Position numbers and translations under genes: made by a program. The notes beneath the pieces are model-generated. The model saw only the letters and a program-made list of their open reading frames with translations. It had not been told where the DNA came from and ran no database searches. A stretch of DNA of 45,883 nt from Trichomonas gallinae (lineage: Eukaryota), in assembly GCA_008369845.1 (NCBI GenBank), contig MRSU01000670.1, forward strand, positions 1 to 45,883, given 5' to 3'. The stretch's first letter is position 1; every line of letters begins with the position of its first letter. Positions 10,501-17,145 of this stretch are shown here, one piece after another.

Positions 10501-10694
10501 TCCAAATGGTACAAAGATACTGCAACAATTCCAACAGCTATCTCTGTTTTATTGGAATTTATATCAAAAATTTCGGGAATGACGCAAATCATTGATGATA
10601 AACTATGTCTCCAAATAGAATATGGATTTGTCATTCTCTTTTCTGATTCCTTTGGCTGACCCTCTTTTTTAGTACTGTAAGAAGAATCATTCAT
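7545..10694 (-). CDS. RPTOR: Raptor/KOG1 (TORC1 subunit): RNC domain, HEAT/ARM repeats, WD40
   Basis: RCLFIYNGHGAPEP, LPSDLFTSCLLTP, NFCLARRI and HNLWEYFDL match RNC blocks; WD40-like C-terminus. The start is placed at 10694 because an Inr-like TCATT lies ~30 nt upstream; the ORF extends to 10763. Confidence 0.93.
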   Translation of the reverse strand: MNDSSYSTKKEGQPKESEKRMTNPYSIWRHSLSSMICVIPEIFDINSNKTEIAVGIVAVSLYHLERNMRWSGLELSSRHYCWTDMKNRDPASISDIVSYQICHNLVQFAQESVVRLSDPSPTRILAQIRELSQISHKKRCLFIYNGHGAPEPISASGIMLSPDESLGGDQITAKQLIKSMPLPSCFIFDADFSGLLFDDFSDPTLTLDRFGFFSCGPKENLPHRIGLPSDLFTSCLLTPAFVAMLWGSRQFYAFTSGGLHEFPLSYFSDENGVRPHLHAFAYEIERLLTTLVHAMAYSMIPPDMLYNCFYRDAKVGKLFVNFCLARRIGAEIGFKPMCYPEIPDFSQHNLWEYFDLYLDRVLLRLTQMDSNISVPQATIAADFVTFLADALIAIEHILDLKVFGSVPNEISMLPLILTEPSLAKAGIKAVTRFIDIRDDTIRNVICSGMMNIIVTMPLDDEALLSAAYCVAKMQCYALRMDSVIRSFTRSSLPLRLPLFIAYKRTHDDRYLLIALVLMAVGMNMEFGDSQNDLEPDLFVTVVDALGSEKPVVAFWAALYLSQFLEIVPDPCQIRQQFSVDQKIAMIEKSKFPELRAAAIAVYMSLFDHDNEEPSEIASRVNKLGNDYSYDPSILVRTQLLICLQRLIENDAAYTGKFKDPLAAAHKYIEILSNDTHQEICDVAAALKSTLENKMATPSGFTSPLLSGSIFAFMQCQFEHINEYTWPPICIPPNISYNEDNPKTTIINKISSLIEIDHYKHSVAFSTPPVFIDDMAIIGAADGSVVVRDFVQHNVLFTHPWQIFFSSAILSKNISNISPMSANSVCLSTNTGDVSIVNSIATKIPRVTESFSFKSKIEEKFVIKYSDMALFGTSSTGAIKRWDLHESSFGPDLMVSKTCINDFCVSNDTIAVGSDDFRIVDVRAPMQPQVLINTFSKVVNIHQSLQNTDEYISVLQNGKVLSFDVRNPSNPKNWGFENASIVETVQWAPLTFIKTHFLDAFDSQTRINNLLQSVYPTIRPDQLESFAVHPYKNFIEIIFPGGNMSTIKIC

Positions 10695-10883
10695 AAGAAT
10701 AACGAATAAGGTTAATTTGGAAATCAATGAATATTGATTTGTGTGGAATGATACTATATTCATTGATATCTATAGCCATATGTGATCTTTTGATACCTTT
10801 GGTAAATTGTTCCAATGATCAGCTCTGAGATATTACGTAGCTGATAAGAGAAGAAAAATGTAAACTATTCAAATTTATCTATT

Positions 10884-10948
10884 TAAGGTTATTATTATGA
10901 AGTTTATGATAAGGTTAATATATTAAGGTTATTTTAAATTTAAGGTTA
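10884..10948 (+). promoter_or_regulatory. Cluster of TAAGGTTA octamers in a divergent promoter
   Basis: Exact copies at 10884, 10910, 10924 and 10941; a fifth lies at 10707. Confidence 0.5.
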
Positions 10949-10951
10949 TTT

Positions 10952-11434
10952 ATGGGTGTTGAGCAAAGTGTTGAACAGCAGGAAGGTAATGAGATTCAAA
11001 ATCCAGCACCTGAAGTTAGTGTAGTTGAAGAAACCGGAAATTCTGTTTTTGACAAAGAAATACAAGAATTCGAAAATGTTGATTATCAAATTGAAAGAAT
11101 GATGACAAGTATTTATGGTGATATTGATAAACAGCAGCTATATAGTAATCCTATCTATAAAAATCGCATACAAAATCTTGTCCAAGAAATTATCGAATTA
11201 AATAATCAAATGAAAGACATTCACCCTACATCATCCACTACTAATGATACTTCTACCGCAGATTCCGATTCAAAATTATCAATTCAAATTGATGAAATTG
11301 AAAAACAAATTAAAATCTCAAAGCAAGAGTTTGATACTTTACTCAAAAGAAAAGAAGATCTCAAACAAAAGAATGCTACACTTAAGCAATTAATTGAATT
11401 GAAAGATACGAATCAATCAATATATTGTTATTAA
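10952..11434 (+). CDS. Hypothetical coiled-coil protein, 160 aa, with a candidate N-myristoylation site
   Basis: MGVEQS fits MGxxxS; the C-terminal half is heptad-rich. Confidence 0.8.
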   Translation: MGVEQSVEQQEGNEIQNPAPEVSVVEETGNSVFDKEIQEFENVDYQIERMMTSIYGDIDKQQLYSNPIYKNRIQNLVQEIIELNNQMKDIHPTSSTTNDTSTADSDSKLSIQIDEIEKQIKISKQEFDTLLKRKEDLKQKNATLKQLIELKDTNQSIYCY

Positions 11435-11504
11435 TAATATCAATTATTATATTATATAGATCCTATGTTTGTGTCTTGTTATAAAGAAATTGTTTAAAAA
11501 TCTA

Positions 11505-12797
11505 TTATTTAGGGAGATAGCTTCTAAATTCTTCAATTTTCTTCAGATCTACTTCAGATAACTCATCTTCGTCAATGTCATCAATAATCTTAACATATTC
11601 TCCAATAAGCGGAATTGAATCAAATTCATATTCGCATTTCATGAACGTAATCAAAATCATTGTTGCCATCTCAACGCTTATATCTAGTAATTGATCATTT
11701 GAATCCGAAGCAAGAGAAATTAAGCATCCAACAAAATTTTGATCAACTAAATCAATAATAAAATCTAAATCAGCGAAAGAAAACAGCTTACGTATATAAC
11801 AACCAGCAGCAAATCTTTGGACAAAAGTTCCTTTTGTTATTATGAGAAATAGAAATTTAATAACATCATCATCGGAAAGTGGCTTCCATAAGTCTGTAAT
11901 TTTAATTAAAAAGTAAATAAAATACTCTGGCATGTCTTGTCCTAGTATTACACATGATCCAATCAATAAATTTCTAAATTCTGCTGTCCAAAGCGCTTCA
12001 AAGAGCTGTTTAGATTCCGGATATACTAGTAGATCTAAAAGCCTCTGATTTGATTCGATTTCATTGAGCGCTCGCTTAAAGAATTTTTTGTTAATTGTGT
12101 GGAATTTGATTCTGAAGCCAGTTTTGTACAAAATTGATATTGACTTCATAATATATGGCAAAGCTGGATGAATTTGTCCTTCAATAACAGTATTGAAAAA
12201 GTTTTCGAATTGATCTAAATTATTGGGTGTGAACTGCGTGGAAAGAAGTTCTGAAACGAACTTTGCGTTTAATGCTAGGATTTCTTGGAAATTTTTCGTT
12301 GATCCAATCCATGTTTCACATAAATCATCAATAAAGTAATTGTCAATAAGAAAATCTGTAAATTTAGGTGTATTTTTGCAAAAATATACAATGTAATCGA
12401 ATAGGTACTCGTAGACTTGAATTTCATGAGATGTAAAAATATCTAAAATTCGGTGATAAAACTCATCAAACTGATCCTCATTTAGTATTATTGAATTAGT
12501 ATCTAGAAAGATAGTCAGTAAATGAAGAGTTTCTATTAAAATCGCGATATTACTTGTTTCATAAAAGAATTTCAACAAATTTTGGATGATTCCAGTATTC
12601 TCTACGTATTGTTTAACAGAATTCTTGGATTGGTGGAGTAAAGTGATAAAATATTGAAGGCCAGATAAAATTTGATCACTATTGTCCGATTTTAGTGCTT
12701 CTACGTATTTGTCTATATCTGAAAACATCTCTGGTATTGTATTTCTACCCGAAATAGCAACATTATTCGTTGATGAAATTTGGGCTGCGTTTTTCAT
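11505..12797 (-). CDS. ARM/HEAT-like alpha-solenoid protein (importin-alpha-like fold, divergent)
   Basis: Long helical ORF (YVEALKSDNSDQILSGL, GIIQNLLKFF, NFVGCLISL). The ATG at 12797 follows an Inr TCATTTTTT; the track's TTG start at 12818 is rejected. Confidence 0.75.
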   Translation of the reverse strand: MKNAAQISSTNNVAISGRNTIPEMFSDIDKYVEALKSDNSDQILSGLQYFITLLHQSKNSVKQYVENTGIIQNLLKFFYETSNIAILIETLHLLTIFLDTNSIILNEDQFDEFYHRILDIFTSHEIQVYEYLFDYIVYFCKNTPKFTDFLIDNYFIDDLCETWIGSTKNFQEILALNAKFVSELLSTQFTPNNLDQFENFFNTVIEGQIHPALPYIMKSISILYKTGFRIKFHTINKKFFKRALNEIESNQRLLDLLVYPESKQLFEALWTAEFRNLLIGSCVILGQDMPEYFIYFLIKITDLWKPLSDDDVIKFLFLIITKGTFVQRFAAGCYIRKLFSFADLDFIIDLVDQNFVGCLISLASDSNDQLLDISVEMATMILITFMKCEYEFDSIPLIGEYVKIIDDIDEDELSEVDLKKIEEFRSYLPK

Positions 12798-12993
12798 TGT
12801 AAAAAATGAAAAATTCAAAGAGAGATCATAAATAATTCATCGAAATATACATAACTATTATGAAGAAAGCCGAATTTTGTGAAATATTTTAAAATTTAAT
12901 AATTAATTTGAGTAAAACAGTAGGTTTAGTTTGATGTATTACAGGAAATTTCGTAGTTTGTTAAATTTAACGAGATTCAGGATAAAAATAAAG

Positions 12994-13365
12994 TTAATAT
13001 CCATAAGATCTCAAAATATCCGCAACATGAACAACAGCCTCGTAACAGTTTTGTGCTTGGACTCTATCTGTATGGTAAGCGAAGATAAAGCATGATTTGC
13101 AGCGAGATACCATTAAACCTGCAGAGTGATAACGCATTTGGATATTTTCACTATCAGCACGAAGTATAGAATATTCTACCCCTTTGAATGAAAATGTTTC
13201 CGACAAAAAAGCAGAACCTTTGTTGTACATATCCATCAATTTCATTGTTTCTTCAGGTGTAATCGATATACCTTTTGTAGCAGCGAGGCATTCGCCATCG
13301 AAACGATATATGCCAGCGGCTGTTATATTGTTTCCAAGGAGATCAATGAATTGAGCCCACGACAT
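12994..13365 (-). CDS. PFN: Profilin
   Basis: 123 aa; MSWAQFID..., AAGIYRFDG, F.FKGVEY..LR, and C-terminal VADILRSYGY. Confidence 0.93.
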   Translation of the reverse strand: MSWAQFIDLLGNNITAAGIYRFDGECLAATKGISITPEETMKLMDMYNKGSAFLSETFSFKGVEYSILRADSENIQMRYHSAGLMVSRCKSCFIFAYHTDRVQAQNCYEAVVHVADILRSYGY

Positions 13366-13740
13366 TGATTTTTTATATTTTTATAAAATCTTTCTTTTTT
13401 GAGATTTTTATTTTATTCGCTTCTACTACTAATTTCACATCGAAATAAACCAGATTTCGATTTTTTCGATATAAAAATTTAGCAAAAAATAACTATCAAA
13501 ATTGCCGAATTTTCAAAATATTTCATTAATTTTTAGTATTTTTCGAAAAATAAATAATGTTTCATTTTTAATAATTCCTTACAAGCATTTTATTCGTTGA
13601 AAATTTTTGAGTTTTCGTTTTATTATTAATTTTTTATCAAAATTAATCAAAAAATATTAAGCTGATTATAAGTAAATACACATATCCCGACATTTATTAT
13701 CCAAAAAATTACAAAGCAGTATATATATAAAATAATTTCG

Positions 13741-16014
13741 TCATCCATTTTGCTCTCCTTCATTCGGGAAGAGCTTATTGTTCTTGATGTAGAGCACGGT
13801 GTTGACATAGAACTTCTTAACGTCAGGAGGAACAACAGATTCAAGTTTAAGACCCTTAGAAACAATGACATCATGTTTTTCGTTGATCAACTGAACCAAG
13901 GCATTGATCCACGTCTCGTTCAGGTCGGCGCCGACTTCCTGGAAGTAAGCAGCCGACGACAAGACGATGTAGAAGCCCTTGAGCATCGTTGTCTGGTCAG
14001 TGGCAGAGGCTGCGACTCTAGAAGCCTTCGCGAGACAAGCCTGGACCTTCTCGGACTCTTGGACTCTTTGATCTCGTCTCCAGAACAAAGCTGCGCAGTT
14101 GCAAAGGGCCTGGATGGACTTGATAGGATCATTGATGGATGAAACAGCGTTGCAGAGTAGAGCGTTGACTTCTAAATCGATTGTTATTGATGATGTGACA
14201 TAATGTATTAAAGCTGTCAACGCCTGGTCTTTGGTATTGCTGTCAGGAAGTTCCTGCCATATCTCTATCGCGCTTTTGAGGAACTCGTTCGCGAATTTAT
14301 CTAATTTGACAGAATCCATCTCTTTAGATGCCTCCAAGAATAGGTAGAATGGTGCCGTGGAGCCTGGCTCGACGCTGTTTCGTCCATAAGCGTTGATGAA
14401 CTTTAAGAGTTTCATTCTTTCGCTATCATCAGCTTGATCCATGAGTTTGATTGCCACGAAACCTATGGGTAAGACAGCTCTTCTTCTTGCTCTCTCTTGT
14501 GCATCATCCATCGCGTTCGCGAGTTCTTGAATTAAGCTCATTGTTCCTGAGATTGAACCCGCGTCGATAAGATGGAGCATTGCGAAGAAACATGATGCAC
14601 CTGGTCCATCTCTTACTAATGTCGATGTCATTGATAAAACAAACTTCAATGTATCCATACTTTCGATCTTTGTTCCACCTTTGTTGAATAGATCGCAAAC
14701 AAGGGCGGCAATTGACATCCTATCAGGAGGCATGAGTCGCTGAATGAGCGTTGGAAGGTATTCAAGAGAGAAAAGAGGTTCTGCATTTTCAAATATCATC
14801 AATGGCTCAGCTAAGAAGTCACGAAGCTTGAATGATGCCTCTGGAGCCGTAAGGGAATCATCGCCGATAGCAAGATCGATATGGAAATCTGTGAATTTCA
14901 TTAAAGCTTTAACATTTCTGATATCCGTTGGATCTACCTTGAGAGCGAATCTCAACAGCTTCTGTAATGTTTCAAACTTGTCAACAAGAGCGAGATGGCC
15001 TTCTGAGTTGAATAATTCTTCGATATTCTTTGCGATAACGACAAAGATGTTGCTAGCCTTTTCAGTATCAACGAGATGGCCGAGGTAATTCAAGAACCTT
15101 TCGAGTAATTGGTTAACAATGTCTAGAATTCGAACTCCTTGTTCTACTTTTCCGAACATCGAGAATAAGTCGTTGATTGTAGCTACATGATATTCCTCTG
15201 GGAACGCTTGTATGATTGATTGAAGGACGAACTCTTGAGAGAGAGAATCTTCGCATAATTCGACATGTTTTGCGATAAATGGAAGAATGATCGTAGAATA
15301 GTTGTTAATTGTAAGTCCATGGAGTGATGATATGCGCTGAATATTAGTTCCAATCAATACGCTTAATTCTACACGTTGTTCTCTTCTTGTATCGCCAGCC
15401 ATGATGTCTTCGATTCTCACCCACATCCTGTTCATCTGGGCGAAGTTGCCTAGAAGGAAATTGAGCGAGCGCTCCGTCTCAATTTCGTTAGAATCTGGTA
15501 GATATTGTTTGAAAATCGAAAGAATGTAGTGCCTCAAGAAAAGAGCTCTGATTGGGTCTTGGGCTTGCTTAGTCATATCAGTTAGATCGTCTAATATATC
15601 AATAACTCTCACGATTTTGCGTGCAGACATTTCGGGTGCAATTGTGATCATCAAGTATAGTCTTTCTAAAGCGCTTTCGTTATATTGCACTGTTTCGTAC
15701 AGTTCTGCGATTAATTTTGAAGGAACTTTCAACTCATCTTTTAACGCGTTATTTAATTGGAATAAAGCAGTGGAAATAGGGTGATAAAGTTCGTAGTAAT
15801 TACGAGGTGTAAGTGCATCTGTCTGTAATATGTCAATTAAACTGATTGCACGTGAAATGGCGCCGTTCACATCACCATTATCAAGGCATCTGTTCATTAA
15901 GAAAGTATAACCATCGATTTTCTCTAAGTTCTCCTCGACATATTTCTTTTGAATTTCATCATTTGTGAATTGCTCTGGTGAATCGATCGCAATTTCCTTC
16001 TCTTCTGATGTCAT
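13741..16014 (-). CDS. VPS35: Retromer subunit Vps35
   Basis: LTPRNYYELY, ELYETVQY, (E)RLYLMIT, QDPIRALFLRHYI, NFAQMNRMWVR, LIGTNIQRIS, IIQAFPEEYH. Confidence 0.96.
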   Translation of the reverse strand: MTSEEKEIAIDSPEQFTNDEIQKKYVEENLEKIDGYTFLMNRCLDNGDVNGAISRAISLIDILQTDALTPRNYYELYHPISTALFQLNNALKDELKVPSKLIAELYETVQYNESALERLYLMITIAPEMSARKIVRVIDILDDLTDMTKQAQDPIRALFLRHYILSIFKQYLPDSNEIETERSLNFLLGNFAQMNRMWVRIEDIMAGDTRREQRVELSVLIGTNIQRISSLHGLTINNYSTIILPFIAKHVELCEDSLSQEFVLQSIIQAFPEEYHVATINDLFSMFGKVEQGVRILDIVNQLLERFLNYLGHLVDTEKASNIFVVIAKNIEELFNSEGHLALVDKFETLQKLLRFALKVDPTDIRNVKALMKFTDFHIDLAIGDDSLTAPEASFKLRDFLAEPLMIFENAEPLFSLEYLPTLIQRLMPPDRMSIAALVCDLFNKGGTKIESMDTLKFVLSMTSTLVRDGPGASCFFAMLHLIDAGSISGTMSLIQELANAMDDAQERARRRAVLPIGFVAIKLMDQADDSERMKLLKFINAYGRNSVEPGSTAPFYLFLEASKEMDSVKLDKFANEFLKSAIEIWQELPDSNTKDQALTALIHYVTSSITIDLEVNALLCNAVSSINDPIKSIQALCNCAALFWRRDQRVQESEKVQACLAKASRVAASATDQTTMLKGFYIVLSSAAYFQEVGADLNETWINALVQLINEKHDVIVSKGLKLESVVPPDVKKFYVNTVLYIKNNKLFPNEGEQNG

Positions 16015-16025
16015 TCAAAATCGAA

Positions 16026-16071
16026 TGTGAAAAGTGACGAACAAATCAGAAATTATCCTCTTTACATGTCA
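16026..16071 (-). promoter_or_regulatory. Vps35 core promoter: tandem Inr-like TCACT/TCACA plus TGACATGTAAA
   Basis: The minus strand reads TGACATGTAAA (16071-16061) ... GTCACTTTTCACATTCGATTTTGA-ATG. Confidence 0.6.
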
Positions 16072-16369
16072 GAAATTTCTCAAATCGTAAAACTTCCACT
16101 CATAATCATCCTATTTTAATCAATTTTATTGTATTAAAACGATTCGTTAGACAATTTTTTATACGTTATTTATTATATCTTTGGCTAAAATCGTTTAACT
16201 TTTTGAGATTGGAGATAATTTTCTCACCTCACTTTTCATACTTTTGACAAATAAAGTATTGAAATGGATTATTTTGAAGCTTTACATAATAAGGTTATTA
16301 TTTAAACATCCATTTCTGTTTCATAGCGCATTAAATGCCTTACATGAAATTATCTCTAAATTCACAATG

Positions 16370-16730
16370 ATGGCCTGAATTTCAGATGATTATAATTTTG
16401 ATATTCATAGATATTGATTAATATATAGATATAATTAATAAGCTATATGTACATATTATGTGATTTGATTATGAGTCTTTGATGTCGATATTCGAAATTT
16501 GAAATAGAGTCATATTGATTAACAAATTAATTAAATTAATAAGATAGATACATGGATTGTGTACAATGGTCATCAGCCTTTGATATCGCTAATCAAAATT
16601 TTGAATAGAGTTATATCGACTAACACATAGGTTTAATTGATAAGATGGATACATGGATTATGTAATTTAACTATGAGTCTTTGATAGCGATAATAATAAT
16701 TTAGAAAATTAATATTGAATAGTTTTGATA
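16370..16730. repeat. Degenerate 101-bp intergenic tandem repeat, about 3.5 copies
   Basis: AT(G/C)AG(T/C)CTTTGAT at 16471, 16572 and 16673; TACATGGATT at 16549 and 16650; a more decayed copy lies upstream. Confidence 0.85.
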
Positions 16731-17145
16731 AATGGAAAAGAATTTTGTCTACATTTAAATAAATTAAACATTTCCTGCATAACAACATGCCGTGGCTCCC
16801 ATAATTTTTAATCTGCTTCTAGGCCACAAGCATTTAATATCACGATATTTACAATCTGTAGAGAATAACAAGCCCAGTCCATAGGCCGTAGTAAATAGGA
16901 GACAATTGGCAATTTTGAAAATATCCCAGGTGTCAGAATTTAAAAAAACGCTGGAAATATACGTAGCGTTGACGCAACATATCATATTTCGTCGTAATTA
17001 TATAAAATTCGAATAAAATTCTTATTTTTTGAGCCTATTAGATTCATTACATCCCAAAAACACAGAAAATCAATTAAATAAGCAAAAATTCGCTGAAAAA
17101 TTTTGAACCGTCGAGTACTTCACTTTATATTTTTTTTTTTACTTG

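Noticed and set aside
10952..11434. LAMTOR1/Ego1 identity for the MGxxxS protein next to Raptor
   Set aside because: No N-terminal palmitoylation cysteines or recognisable similarity; size and adjacency are not enough.
16370..16730. CRISPR-like array
   Set aside because: Whole units are degenerate copies, with no constant repeat plus unique spacer pattern; the context is eukaryotic and has no cas genes.
16811..16895. ATCTGCTTCTAGGCC resembles the U2 snRNA 5' end, with GTAGTA downstream
   Set aside because: Stem I cannot form, and the GATCAAGTGTAGTATCTG branch-pairing block is absent at the required spacing.
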